The position numbers and the translations under genes are program-made. The notes under the pieces were generated by a model that was given only the letters and a program-made list of their open reading frames with translations, made no database searches and was not told where the DNA came from. This document shows positions 12,105 through 25,380 of a stretch of DNA of 59,044 nt, piece after piece (positions within the stretch are counted from its first letter, which is position 1; each line of letters begins with the position of its first letter). The stretch covers positions 35,057,376 through 35,116,419 of the forward strand of contig NC_057718.1 of NCBI RefSeq assembly GCF_004010195.1, read 5' to 3'. This DNA is from Chiloscyllium plagiosum. Its lineage: Eukaryota.

Positions 12105-13030
12105 CGTTATGAGAATGGATCAGAACCCATATATATTTATAGCGAATCTTTACTTTGAATTCCAAAATGATTTTTTTTTCAAAACAAGAGGACTACTAAA
12201 GGAAAAAAACCCAGAAATTTGCAGATGTAAATGCCCTGTCTGTCTGGTGAAGTCCTGTGTGAAGCCTACATTTTACTTGTAAAATGCCAGGAAAACCAAA
12301 CAGAAAGACTTAACAAGAGGAGATAACATGGAGCATCAGTGCCCACCCCACTTCCAGAAATATAGAAAATAAGGTTTCAAAACTGACTGCAACACTTGTC
12401 TCTGTTATTGGCTGAATGTCCCAGTGTGTGGGCTAGATTTGCTGGGAGAGCCACAGCATTACGAGCAGCCCTTTGAACCAACCCAAAAGGGAAAAGACTG
12501 TCTCTCACCCCGATTGCTGAATTCTGTCACTGTTGACTGGAATCATAACAAAAGAATTTCAGCCAGCCTTAAAAGCCAAGAATCTTGAAATTTGTCTGCT
12601 CAATCGCCAACATCAGTACAACTGGTGCTATCTATTAATAGCCACAACATCATCTTATCTGCTCTTCATGAACAAATAAGACACTGATCCACAATTCTTT
12701 CAATCTTTTCACTTCTTACTTCTACTCTGTGTGTATGCGTATTGTGTTAGAAATTCTACTTTTGTTGTAATTAAACAACTCAATATTTTGTTATTTCAAG
12801 AAAGCCTGGGTAGAAAGGCTCCTTTTAAATTATATGTTTGTTTGGGTATGCAGAAAGATACAGACAAGGGAAGGGATTCTTTTAAGTTAAATGTGTTGCA
12901 AACAAGCAAGGGGCTAATGAAGAACCAAGAGTAGCCAATTAACCTTCCCCTCACCTGGAGTTAAGAATTTGAAGTACTCTGTCTGGGAACATCAGAAATT
13001 GGAGAACATTGCACAATGTTTGGTGTAACA
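12105..13030 (+). mobile_element. Possible solo LTR
   Basis: Starts (c)gttatg and ends ggtgtaaca (TGTTA...TAACA-like termini), about 925 bp, non-coding. No clean TSD seen. Confidence 0.35.
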
Positions 13031-13156
13031 ATAATTAATAAAGCATTCACCATTTGAGTGGTACACAGCATCTTTTGTAATTCAGGGCATTTTGTGTATT
13101 GCAAGTGGTAGACTAAACATCTTAGAAAAACCGGAGAGGAGTACAGAATTTAGAAG

Positions 13157-13484
13157 TAGAATCCCTACAGTGTGGAAAAAGGCCTTTCAGCCCAACAAGT
13201 CCACACTAACCCTCCAAAGAGTAATCCATCCAGACAGACTCCCCTACCCTATATTTACCTCTGATCAATGCACCCAGCCTACACATCCCTGAACCATATG
13301 GGCAATTTAGCATGGCCATTGCACATCAGATTGTGGGAGGAAACCGAAGCACCCAGAGAAAGCCCACACAGACATGGGGAGAGTGTGCAAACTCCACACA
13401 GACAGTTGTCTGAGGCTGGAATCGATGCCAGGTCCCTGGTACTATGAGGCAGCAGTGCTAACCACTGAGCCACTGTGCCGCCCC
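13157..13484 (-). mobile_element. HE1-type tRNA SINE
   Basis: The reverse complement starts ggggcggcacagtggctcagtggttagcactgctgcctca (A-box), has a degenerate B-box, and ends with a CR1-derived tail (ccacactgtagggattcta). Confidence 0.9.
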
Positions 13485-13844
13485 ACAGTGAAATCAGAAA
13501 GAATTGAGTATGGAAATGATCCACAAGGGATCCAAAGATAATGGAAGAAAGACTGGAAGCTGAGTTACTGAAATTTAGAAAATTAAGCAGCAACTTTATA
13601 AGGAAGACTTTAAAGTTGTTAATCTCTAAACTCTTCATGTGTCCATGTACTAGAATAGGAAAGGATGGTAAGATTGAAAATTTAGGGATATGATGAGGAA
13701 GACAGTTTCTACTTTATAAAGTAGTGGTGCCAAAGTGAGAATTAATCCATGACATAGAACATTGAGCAATACGGATAACAATAACAGGGAAGGGAAAAAA
13801 GAACATGGGAAAGGAAAATGATCAGAAAAAAATACTTATGTTTA

Positions 13845-14226
13845 TAAAACAGCTTCTGCTAACACAACCAGAGAAACATATTTTTGATTTATTGTCACTG
13901 TTAAAATGGAGAAAATGTGACAGCTAATGTATACGCACAAAGTTCTCTCAACTCGTACTGCAATATTGGTTGGATAATCTTGTTTTAAAATGCTGATTGA
14001 CCAGAAATAACCTTCCTGATCACCTTCAAAACAGCATCATGAGATCTTATATCCACCCTAGAGAACAAACATCTTTTTTGACAGGCAACACTTTTGGCTG
14101 CGTGGCACTCCCATGGTATTTCACTATAATGTCAGATTTGGTTTTTTTTGCTCAAACCCTGGAGTGGAATTTGAACTCACAGCTTTGTGACTCAGACATA
14201 AGGAGGATGTCAACTGAGCCAGACTG
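13845..14226 (-). mobile_element. Ancient SacSINE/DeuSINE-like tRNA SINE
   Basis: The reverse complement begins ggctcagttg...tctgagtcacaaagctgtgagttcaaattccactccagggtttgagca, followed by a Deu-domain-like central region. Confidence 0.6.
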
Positions 14227-14919
14227 AAACATACTGCAAATCGATAAACAATCAATAAATAAATCAATAAACAACGACTTCAGCAAAAATGATAACAGGC
14301 AGAAAATATGAAGCAGGTCAAGAAGGAAAATCAAATTAAGATATTATAAACAGGGATGTTTAAGACAAAGTAACAAATTGCTAATGTGGACAAAACAAAA
14401 ACAAAGGAAAAGTAGAAGTGTGATATACAAATAGTAAAAGTTGTTTGCACTGTAATGCTCAGAGTATGGGAGTGAGAAGCAATTATGTTACGGGAAGGTT
14501 CATCTTTAATTGCACTAACAGAGACTTGACATGAGGAATTGTGCAGGATATAACATTTGTAGGAGGCACTAGGAAGGAGGAAGCATGATACTGATGATGG
14601 AAAGATTACATGCTGTAAAAAGGACTCATGTAAACAAAAATGAGGTTCAGGCAAAGTTAACATTGCTAGACATCAAAGATAAACAAAGGGATTGTTTCAT
14701 TAATGCAGTTGTATTCCAGCCAGCCCTGCTAATTATGTAAAGGAAATGGAAGAGAACATCATTTGACAGGTCAAAGAGATCAGTACAAGTAAGACCATTA
14801 TTGTTTCAGAAGATTGTAATTGTTCATTCATTGTGTTACAGATATGAAGTTTGTAAGATTATTACTTTTCAAACTGTCTCTTTATTTAGGGTAACATGGA
14901 GGAATGAACTGGGTCATAT

Positions 14920-15340
14920 GACTGGAGAAACTCAGTAGGCCTAACAGCACATGTGGGAGAAAACCGAGTTAAAGTTTCAAGCCCGCTGACCCTTCATCAG
15001 AGTCAAGATGAGTTCAGATGCCCTCTGTTCCTCACCCCTCACACCCACTCAACCTCCACCCACTAACTATGCCCATTGCTCAAGACTCAAGACTCAAGAC
15101 TCAAGACTCAATCTAATCTCATGGCCTTCAGGTCAACTTATGTCCTTCTATCCAAGTTCTATTGCTCCACATGTCTCCATGCCAGTGTACATCGCTCTCC
15201 ATGACCTCTTACAGCCCCATACCAACATATACCATCTCTCCCACTCATTTCTAGGGGCCCTAAGCTATCTCGTGAAAGCCCCTGACCTACCATCCTTTCC
15301 CTTAAAATATCCACTCCAACTTCACCAGCTATGCTGAGAT
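14920..15340. mobile_element. Old PLE pseudo-LTR remnant with a degenerate hammerhead on the - strand and a (CTCAAGA)n microsatellite
   Basis: The reverse complement of 14968-15004 reads CTGATGA-A-GGGTC-agcg-GGCTT-GAAA-CTTT. A 7-bp repeat runs 15079-15111. Confidence 0.5.
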
Positions 15341-15344
15341 TAAC

Positions 15345-15972
15345 TAAAATAACAGAGAATTGAATATACGAGTTGGGATGTCATGTTGCAGCTGTACAGG
15401 ACATTGGTTAGGCCACTTTTGGAATATTGTGTGCAGTTCTGATCTTCCTTCTGTAGGAAGGATGTTGTGGATCATGAAAGGGTTCAGAAAACATTTACAA
15501 GGATGTTGACAGGGTTGGAGGATTTGAGCTAGAAGGAGAGGATGAAAAGGTTGAGGCTGTTTTCCCTGGAGCATTGGAGGCAGAGGGGTGACCTTATAGA
15601 GGTTTATAAAATCATAAGGCTCATGGATAGGGTAAATAGACATGGATAGGGTAAATAGACAATGGGTCGGGGAGTCCAGAACTAGAGGGCATATGTTTAG
15701 GGTGAGATGGGTAAGATTTAAAAGAGACCTAAGGGGCAACGTTTTCACGCAGAGGGTGATGTGTGTATGGAATGGGCTGCCAGAGGAAGTGGTGGATGCT
15801 GGTACAATTACAACGTTTAAAAGGCATCTGGATGGATATATAAACAGGAAGGGTTTGGAGAGATGTGGGGCGGGTGCTGGCAAATGGGACTAGATTGGGT
15901 TGGAATATCTGGTCAGCATGGACGAGTTGGACCAAAGGGTCCGTTTCGGTGCTGTACATCTCTATGACTCAA
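15345..15972 (+). mobile_element. CR1 (HER1-like) 3' end
   Basis: ORF 15642-15893 reads ESRTRGHMFRVR...FTQRVMCVWNGLPEEVVDAGTITTFKRHLD. Tail is tctatgactc. Confidence 0.9.
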
Positions 15973-16002
15973 TGCTAGATATCTATTACAGACTTCACTA
16001 TA

Positions 16003-16221
16003 CAGTAAGTTCTGCTACAACTTGTGTATCTTTAATATGAATTGGCTTTAATGTGATTGAAGAATTTAGACCGTTATTTATAGGAAGTGAACCTTCCTTA
16101 CCTGTATTGGCTTTAATGCAATTCTGGCCCCATTAGTTTAAATGGAGCGACTATTGCACCATGTCCTTAGAACGCAAGATCGCATGAGAACGGAACTATC
16201 ACGTTATATCAGAACCGACTG
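16003..16221. mobile_element. Tc1/mariner-superfamily (pogo/Tigger-like) MITE
   Basis: TA dinucleotide on both sides (16001-2, 16222-3). The left end cagtaagttctgctacaacttg matches the reverse complement of the right end, cagtcggttctgatataacgtg. 219 bp, no ORF. Confidence 0.7.
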
Positions 16222-18629
16222 TATATAAAAAAAACTCTCATTGAGAAAATGTCCACTCGATATATGTGCATACCTTCAAGCACTTCATCCCTTTATAAAG
16301 CAATTATTTGTTTTCATAGCCACACATCAAAGACAGTAGATCCCCTAATAACTTCTTGGTACTATCAATTGCATTGTGAACTTACAACTTCACCCCTCCA
16401 GTGTGATAATATTATGTTGTGGAAGCAGTCAAGTCTGATTAACACTGTAAGTATATCCCTCAGATATATGACAAAAAACAAGGGTTGAAGCTGAAAGGGC
16501 CATCTTCCTTCAAAACAGAAGCAAATCATGTCTTTTCATTTAAATTCAAGAGCAGGGTATTTAAATAACTTGGAAGCTTAGGAATTCCACAGACATATTA
16601 ATCTTTTCTATACGGGATACATACCTTGTTCCAGTGAAAATGGGGTGTCTTTAATACTGACAGCACAGTGTTCGAATGGCCCTTGTACTGGGTAGCTCCC
16701 ATGTGTAAATCACATCCTGCTTCCTTATCCTAGTTACCATAAAAATAGAATCTGTCAGAAACGGGGGCAATACTCGCAAAACTTAGGTCGCAGTGCATTT
16801 TATAGAAAGATGCAGATTATCCATGACACCGCAAAAAAATTAGCATTAGTCTCCAAGTCTCAGCAGGGGCTGGGAGGCCTGGCAGGTGGAGGATAAGCAA
16901 TGTTAGGAATGTTAAGTTTTGTATGAGGTTATACTGTCCAGATTCTTCCAATAAAGAATATAGCTAGAACTATAGAATAGCTAACTCACATTTCTACCCA
17001 TACAAGGTCCATGTGATTCACATTGCTGTGGAGATGCATTTTGAGAGAAGAGCAACAAATCATTTTAGGATTAAGGTACAGTTAAAGATGAACATCATAA
17101 ATAGGTCAGACAGGCTAGTTCATGGGGAAGAGAGAGGAAGATAGAGACAGCTAGTCCTATACATTATGCAGGCCCTGTTGGTCACCAGAGCTTGTGCTCA
17201 GATTTAATGAATCAAGTTTATGAGGATTTAAGCCATTTTCAAAAATTTGATTTGGCCAACTTGAGGGAAGAGCCTCCATTTTGTCATTCATCAGGAAAGT
17301 CAGTTCAGGAATTAGAAATTATCTGACCAGAAAAGGAAATCCAAAAGCATGTCATTGGGAGCTCTGATTAGCTTAGGACTGGTTCCTGGAAAATTAAGTG
17401 TCCACTTAAGGGACAGAAGGAAGTATAATCTAGGAAGAGGATTTTCTATAGGTTTAAAAGGTAAGTAAGCGATCAATTCTGCAATTTAGAGAATAGGTTA
17501 CATATTAAATGGTATTTAGACAATGTAATTTATTACATTTTTAAAATTTGAAAGTTTGTTGCCTATTCCTTCCAGGCAGCCATTAGAAGTTCAAGTATCT
17601 TTCTAAATGTTATTCACCTCCACAGGAATCTTAACTGATTTAAACAGGAATAAAGTGAATGGAGAAAAGATAATTCAGCTCCAAAATGTATGTGGGACCT
17701 CTTCCTTAATTAACATGCTCACTTGTCCATAAATGGAGGGACCCAAATATGAGTTGGAAATAAATCTAGTAAATCTAGTCAAACACCTCAGAAGTAATCA
17801 TCACCAGATGGTAAAGTTTAAAGCCACATAGAAAGGGAAGAAACAAAAACAAATACACCAGTTTGGAATTGAGCATATCTTAAAAATGTGGAGCATGAGT
17901 GAGTTGAGGCGAGGTGCAAAGAGAAATTAACGTACAAGATTACAGATCTACAATTCTGCATTTTTGTAAAGGTGATTTTAAAATTGCTGAATCAACATAT
18001 GCAGCTTATCAAATAAAGAATGTGTCATCTATAAGACTCCCAATGCCTCCCCAAGTGCAAATGGAGTGGACCCCACCAATGATTCAAATAAGGTTACAGG
18101 TTTGGCTGTACAGAACACGATTATTGCTAAAACGTGACACATTTTGTCAAAGATTTCTATTTTGCAATCATCAGGCCAATTCACAAGAAATAGAAATGTA
18201 ATGAGAGCACAATATTGGCATTGTCTGAGAGGAGAGTGCTAATTGGTTGGCAAGGAGAGTCTGCTTGGTTTCTATGGGGTATGACAACATGGAGGATGGA
18301 TACATAGTCCAGGAAATGGTTGACCCACCTAGGAGGAACTTCCTGTAGACTTGGCTATTTTTAATAAATGGGCCTCATTCACATGTTACTCACCAAAGTC
18401 ATGCCCAAAAGAACTCTGAGATCATAGAGAAGCTCCACAGTGTAGGCTTTCAAAGAAAAATATGAAAAACAATTAAAAACCATTACTTGTCTATGCCTCT
18501 TCTGTGACTGTGGATCCAGTTTCCAGTTATTTAGCCTGGCAGGAAAGACATAAATGCAGCTCAGATCCCAGTGAAAACAGTTGAGTCCCAAAAGATATCA
18601 TCTGATCCCAAATAAAGGCAAAATACTAA

Positions 18630-18830
18630 TGGATGCTGGAAAAAGAAACAGACACAGAAAATGATAGAGAAACTCAGCATGTCTAGTAGCAGTTGTGGAG
18701 AGAGAAACAAGATTAATATTTGAGTCTGATATCAGTCCTGTTCAGGACAGTGCTGAAGAAGTTATACCAGACTTGAAACATGAACTTTGCTCTTCACTCC
18801 ACAGCTGCTGTCAGACACACACGTGAAAAT
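18630..18830. mobile_element. Short inverted-repeat element built from two PLE pseudo-LTR ends
   Basis: ~18680-18745 is the degenerate reverse complement of ~18753-18818. The right arm starts with a hammerhead-like CTGAAGA...GAAAC. Confidence 0.6.
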
Positions 18831-19004
18831 TTGTGTGCTTATATTTGCTGTCTGTAAATTAACATTTCAGTTGACCAGATCAGGGCTGGAGTGGATCAGT
18901 CCTGCAACCTCAACCATCCAGTTTCTGCTGGGTAGGATAAAACACTACCACCATTTCCATTCGCTCCACCCCTGCTCCAACAGCTTTTCAGGGTTCAATT
19001 GAAA

Positions 19005-19900
19005 TTGAATCCATGCCAGAAGGTTGGAAATTGGCCAATGCCAGAGCCATTTCCAAAAAAAAAGAGATAGAATTAACCTGGATAATTACAAGCCATTTGG
19101 TAACATCTGCAACACAGCAAAATTTACAATCTTTAATTAAATATGAAATGACTAGATATCTAAATGGAGTGAAAATAATTAGAAACAGCCAAACTAAACG
19201 TAAAAAAAAAATGAAATCTGAACTAGATAAACCTAGTTGAGATCTTTGAGGTGATGAATATATTTGGGCAGAAATGCAGTGGATGATGTCTACATGGACT
19301 TTGAGAAAGACTTTGACAGGAGACTATTGAGAATAAATAATTAGGGAGAAGGTAGTCTATTGTCTAAAACTGGCAGAGCAAGGGAACAGTGCAAAAAAAA
19401 AAGCTGCTGAGAATGATAGAAATGGAGAGTAGTATCTCACAGACTCTGGGCTAGAGGAACACATGTCCAAATCTCCAGGTGCTCTGGAAACTAGGAAATG
19501 CTGAAAGTAAATCTGATCATCAAAGGATATTGTAAGGAAATAAGGTTGTGAATTAAATATTGTTAAGAAGATTGAATTCAATGTAAATAGATATGTGGGT
19601 GCAAAACTGAATTGGAGAAAATCACTCATCATAATTTAGATGAGGGAAAGCTAATTGATGTAGAGAAGAAAAATGAATTGTTGGTGCATATTCATGAGAC
19701 AGTCAACTGACTCTCGGGTGAAAAAAGTCATAGCGTGTATGGCATTAAAAGATGGTGTGTAGAAGATAAAGGTACAGTAATCGTAATTTGATAATTTTTA
19801 GTCCCTATTCTATGGGAGGACGTTTTGAGATAATAGAGAAAGTGCAGGACCAATTCAGTATGATGTTGTTGATGTGAGGAAACATAAATATTGGAGAATT
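19005..19900 (+). mobile_element. Very old CR1 RT fragment
   Basis: MPEGWKLANARAISKK (WK.ANV.PIFKK) and gcagtggatgatgtctacatggactttgagaaagactttgac (AVD..Y.DF.KAFD). Confidence 0.6.
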
Positions 19901-20127
19901 ATAGATCCTTACAGCATAGAGCCTGTGTGAGCTTTCACATCTATTTAACCCTTAATACTGTACGTTTCTCTGATTCAGACTTGACTAATTCCCTCTTGGT
20001 TATTGATGAAATCAGCTTCCACCATATTTACAGGGAGAGCATTCTAGATCCTACTGCATGGAGAAAACATTTCTGCACATCCCCCCTCTTGACTTCAAAG
20101 CAATCACCTCTTATTGACCCAATATTA

Positions 20128-20408
20128 TAGAATCCTGACAGTGTGGAAACAGGCCATTCAGCCCAACAAGTTCACACCAAACAGCATCCATCCAGACCCA
20201 TTCCCCCGATTAATGCACCTAACCTACACATCCCTAAACAATTTGGGCAATTTAGCATGGCCAATTCACCTAACCTGCACGTCTTTGTGCAGGACTGTGG
20301 GAGGAAACCCACAAAGACACCAGGATAATGTGTAAATTCCACATAGACAGTCGCCCAAGACTGGAATTGAACCCGGGTCTCTGATGCTAATCACTGAGCC
20401 ACTGTGCC
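20128..20408 (-). mobile_element. HE1-type tRNA SINE
   Basis: Same head, body and tail as the other HE1 copies. The B-box gggttcaattcc is on the - strand. Confidence 0.85.
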
Positions 20409-20641
20409 TTTAGTAGCTGGTGGAAACAAACATTTTCTATTAAGTCTATCAAAACACCTGTTCATCATCAATCACCTCTTAGCCTTCACAACTTCAAGGA
20501 GAATCAGTTTGTATTTTCTGAGCTCTTCCTTGCTGGAGGGAGTGTGCCTGACAGTGGAGCTCTTTGGCCTTGGAGGTTTGGTCAGATGACTACATGTGTG
20601 TCTGTGTCTAAACCAGTCAGGCATGATGAGGGTCTCCCTAC

Positions 20642-20945
20642 CATAGAACATTGAACATAGAACATAGCAGAATACAGTGCAGAACAGGCCCTTTGGCCCT
20701 CGAAGTTGCGCCGACCTGTGAACTAATCTAAGCCCATCCTCCTACACTATCCCATCATCATCCATGTGCTTATCCAAGGACTGTTTAAATGTCCCTAATG
20801 TGGCTGAGTTAACTACATTGGCAGGCAGGGCATTCCACGCCCTTACCACTCTCTGCATCTAACATCTGTCATTAATGTAACCCCTCTCAATTTGCAGCTA
20901 TGCCCCCTCGTACAAGCAGATGTCAGCATCCTAGGAAAAAAACTC
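20642..20945 (-). mobile_element. CR1 3' end
   Basis: (catagaa)n tail followed by the reverse complement of WNALP (ggcagggcattcca). Confidence 0.75.
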
Positions 20946-21464
20946 TTATTTATCCAACACACATTATCGCTAATGGCAACTTTTTTTTCACATACCAAAT
21001 TCTGTTCATTTCAGTCAGTCCCACTTTCATCAGTCTCTACATATGCCTTTCATGTGTTATCTCTAAAGTCTTCAGTCCTTCTGATGATATGCATGATAAT
21101 TTTTATTGGCAGTTGGTCTGGAGTTAGCTCAATCCATCTCTACGAAATCTCAATGCCAAGGTGAGAGCTTTATCAGAGCAGGACCCGTCTTTTAGATTGA
21201 GTGTCTGGATTATGGGAGGTTTCTCCACTGCCAGTTGCTGATCTCTGTACTTCAACCAGTTCTTGCAGCATTATCTTTCTCTTGTCCCATTCAATTACAC
21301 ATTCCCCTGCCTCCTGGGCTGTGCTGTTTTGATTTTCACTTGCCTACTTTGCAATGCTAAGTGCGGGATTAGGATGGTTCAGTAGTTAATTCTGACTCGA
21401 TGGGCTGCAGAGCCTTTTTCTATGCTGTGGATCTCTGAGAGTCTATCATCAGCTGTCAAGAATG

Positions 21465-21970
21465 ACTCAGAGAGTCACAGAGTACAGCACGGAAACAGCA
21501 TGTCCATGCTGACGAGATATCCTACATTAATCTAAAGTAATACCATTTGCCAGCATTTGGCCTACATCCCTATTCATGTACCCATCCAGATGCCTTTTAA
21601 ATATTGTAGTCTCCACCACTTCCTCTGGCAGCTTATTCCACACACACACCAACCTGTGGTGAGAACGTTCCCCTTAAGTTCCTTTTAAATCTTTCCCCTC
21701 TCATCTTAAACTTATACCCTCTAGCTTTGGACTCCCCACCTAGGAAAAAGACCTTGTCTATTCACCCTATCCATGCCCCTCATGATTTTGTAAACCTCTA
21801 TAAGGTCACCCCTCAGCCTCCGACACTCCAGGGAAAACAGCTCCAGCCTGTTCAGCCTCTCCCTATAGCTCAGACCCTCCAATTCTGGCAACATCCTTGT
21901 CTTTTCTACCCCCTTTTAAATTTAACGCACCTTTCCTACAGCAGGGAGACCAGAACTGAATACAATACCA
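21465..21970 (-). mobile_element. CR1 (HER1-like) 3' end
   Basis: Reverse complement of the same sequence as 15345-15972. Confidence 0.85.
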
Positions 21971-22139
21971 GAGACAATTGAATCCAATTCAACTTCAAAT
22001 TCCAAAGATCAGACAAGATAGACCAGATGGAGGGCTTGTGCATTTTTGTAGAGTCCTGCGAGGAGACTTGTGAGGATCCTGGGTACTTGTCCTCCAACTG
22101 GGAGCCACCTGACTCTGGTCTACCTCCTTGGTTATTAAA

Positions 22140-22616
22140 GAGTTTTTTTTAATTGTCACATGTACTCAAGTACAGGAATACAAGAGTACAGTGAAAAGTG
22201 TACAAATTGCCATTCTTCAGAGCCATCTTAAAATACAAAACTAAAATTTAAATTAAAGTAAAATAGGAAAAGAAGTAAAAGAAACCAAACCAAAAGAAAT
22301 GGGAAAGCTCCAGATTTTAACATCTTATCTCCCTGGGCCTAGCCCTGGCCTCCTCCTAGGCTCTACTCCACAATCATCTTTCCTGCCAAAGCTGCTGCCA
22401 CCGATCACTGGGAGGAGGTGCCTGTGCTGTCATCTCCTTCGCACATGCTGAGAAGGCCAGGCTCACTCCTGCCCTGCTGAAGATGCTGAAAAAGACTTCC
22501 AAAGAGAAAAAAATAGAAAAAGAGCAAAAGTGAAATGAAGGAAAAGAAACAAAGAAAGCAGTCACATGTAGATAAGCACTGGGCCAGGAGTGCTGCTGTT
22601 CGGCCACCATCTTGTG
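22140..22616 (-). mobile_element. Non-autonomous element with Rex1/Babar-like termini
   Basis: The - strand starts caagatggtggcc and ends ttcactgtactc...gagtacatgtgacaattaaaa. No ORF. A related copy lies at 46606-47185. Confidence 0.45.
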
Positions 22617-22629
22617 AGGAAGGGGCACC

Positions 22630-23270
22630 CAGAATGTGTGCCAGGTTTTGTGTCATCTTGCTGTCATGCATTTGATCATGAGGACCAGTAGGTCCATTTG
22701 CAGCACATATCCAGCAGGCTCTGACAGTGCTGGACCTGGCTGTCCATGACAGCCACCAACTTGTCCACGGAGGTAGTCAGACACTCACATACTTGGGTCC
22801 ATATAGTGTAGCTTCAATTCTGCAGCCCCTGGGCTACGAGGGTTATTACCTCCCACATTCCTGACTGTATATACTTCCCTGTACATATGGGTGAAGTCCT
22901 GAGGGGACAGAGCATGAGTCTGGTCTTAATGACGCCATCTGAGATCTCAGATCTCTCTTCCTCAGAGCCGTTTGTTTCTCCATAGGAGTTGTAGATATCC
23001 TGCTGGCACCTGTAAAAACAAGGAAGTGAAGGTATTGCAACCAATAGTCAATGGGTGGCGTGCAATGTTCAACACTGACAGTGTCAAAGTTACAGTGAAT
23101 GACGAATGATACTTACTCAGTTGGCAGAACAAGGATGTCTCAGCATCTCTACAGGAGCACACTTGGTCTGAAATTCCAAGGATCAGGAGTCTCTCCTTAT
23201 AGAGGGTCAGAGTGCCCTTGTACCTTTGAAGGAGATTTGTACATGGACATTAAAGTCTGCTTATCCACAT
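22630..23270 (-). mobile_element. Possible decayed PIF/Harbinger Myb-like gene, distal exons
   Basis: The - strand gives TLTLYKERLLILG (LTP.EE..L-like), a strong acceptor ccttgtttttacAG near 23011, and VDKLVAVMDSQVQH. Confidence 0.35.
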
Positions 23271-23459
23271 TTTTCAAAATCAGCTTCTTTTATTGTATTG
23301 ACTTTCCAATGCTAGCTCTCTAAAACTGATTACTTTACACTTGTAAACATATCTATTGAATGCCCTCTGTCTTGCTTCTGATTAATACACCATATTAGCA
23401 TCCTATGTATTTCTGAGGTCTTCAACTATCCTCACCATTATCTATCGCATTGTCCAGGT

Positions 23460-24060
23460 TTGTTTTCTGCACCTGAACCCAAATCATTTACTAAAAACAA
23501 AAAAAAGAGGAAAGAAACTGACCCTTGGTGAACACCTCAGCCAGTTTCCCTTGCTCCCTGTCTCAGAGCCAATTCTTGACCCAAATGTTACTTTTCCATT
23601 AATGTCATGGTCTTCCATCTTTACATCAAGACTCCTGTGTGGCCCTTTATCAAATACTTCCTACAAAGCTATGTGTACAGCATCCCTGACTACCTTGCTC
23701 AAACTTCTCTGTTACTTCATCAAAGGATGCTCCAAAATTAATCACATATGTTTTACCTTGAACAGTTCTGTGATGGTACTCCTTTATTAATTCAAATAAA
23801 TTACCCAATAATCATTGTTAGTGACTTCCTAACATAGTGTTGACTGGCCTACATTTTATTGCTGTTTCCCTCTTCACGTTTTGAATAGTGGTATCAGTGG
23901 CATTAGCAACCTCTTAGTCCTTCACAAATGATTTCTGTACCCAATACCTTTGCTTGCTCCAACTTTATTTATCTCAGTGACTGAGTATGTACCTCATTCA
24001 GACCTGGTGACTTACCAACTTCCAGTAATGTTAATCAAGTAATATAATACATTCTCTTTG
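23460..24060 (-). mobile_element. Very old CR1 RT fragment
   Basis: ctcctgtgtggccctttatcaaatacttcctacaaagctatgtgtacagcatcc is the reverse complement of a D.V..DF.K.FDK.PH.RL-type motif. Confidence 0.55.
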
Positions 24061-24939
24061 TCATTATCCTGTTCTAGACTTCACTCATGCCTTTTACTAG
24101 AACCTTCACCACGCACACTTCTTTTTTGATGACAACTACAAAATTTTTTTATTACATTATTGTAAAGGGTTAACTTCAGAGCATGTACATAGGAAGCTAT
24201 GTAATGACCACCTGATGATGATGAAACTCTAGAGAATCGCAGGATCATTATGGTGCAACAGGAGGCCATTTGACCCATCATGCCTGCACATGTTGAATTA
24301 TCAGGTGTCAACCTCCTGTCTTTGCTCCAACAGTTTAGGCCTCAGGCAGTGTTGTAATGTCTTTCACTAGCATGGTGACATTAACCAATTGTTTCAAAAG
24401 AAACAAGAATCTCGCCATCCCTCTATCTTAGAGTAAGGAACAATAGCATCTCTACCCAACCACAACAGATTCTCTGCCTTGAATAGAAAGGTTTTCCTTT
24501 GGGTCTGTAATAGGCCAACATTTTCCCTAAACTTACACTTTCGAATTTAGCATATTTTTGAGGCTCAGTTAAAATTGCCAGCCAATCCTTTCCTATAATC
24601 TCTCTTTACCTCTTGGTTTAACCTTTTCAGTTAGTTTGTACTTTCCAAGATCATCCTGTTTATCCAAACAATCTTGCTTCTGACATTTTTCAGAAGTGTT
24701 CCCCTTTCTGTATTGCTTTATGTTCAATTTTATTTTGTTATCCAGGGTACACTAGCTTTGCAATAACTTTGCTTCCAGGACCGTCTTTTTTTTTGTTCAA
24801 AATTATTTCAAGTTGAAAGAATAAGTGGAGAATTCCACAGAAATTGGTAGTACATCAACAAGTTTGATAATCATTTTGGAACTGTAACTCCACTTTTGAA
24901 GACAGCAGGAGTCTACAAAATGGCCACCTTTGGCATCTG

Positions 24940-25380
24940 TCATAGAGAAAATGTTATGATCGATTAGTAAGCAGGATACAGCAAGACATTAGAAAATCTT
25001 AATGCAATCAGGCAGAATTAACATAGTTTTGTGAAGTAGAGATTGGGTTTGACAAATTTATTCCCCAAGATTGAACATTTTAAAGAGGAAGAAATATGTC
25101 AAAAAAAAGCTGCTTTTGCTAGATCAAAAGCAAATAATCTTTGATAGACATTTAACATTATGAAGGAATGAGACAGAGCAGCTAAGAACAGACTGTTTCC
25201 GGAATTGGAGGCACCTGGAATAGGGTCACATAGATCAAGTTTAAATGTAAGTGATTTATAGGACAGAGCAAGAGAAATTTATTTTTATGCACAGGGTGTT
25301 TTGAGCTGCATTACTGGAACTAGTGATTAAATCAGAGACCTAACCTATGCGCAAGATTAAGTTAAACAGGTGGTTAATGG
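24940..25380 (+). mobile_element. Very old CR1 fragments
   Basis: aatgcaatcaggcagaattaacatagttttgtgaag...tgacaaattta (Q.QHGF...LTNL-like) and a RGH...K 3' motif. Confidence 0.45.

Noticed and set aside
13400..13484. tRNA genes at SINE heads (here and in all HE1 copies)
   Set aside because: Only A/B boxes fused to SINE bodies, with no complete cloverleaf.
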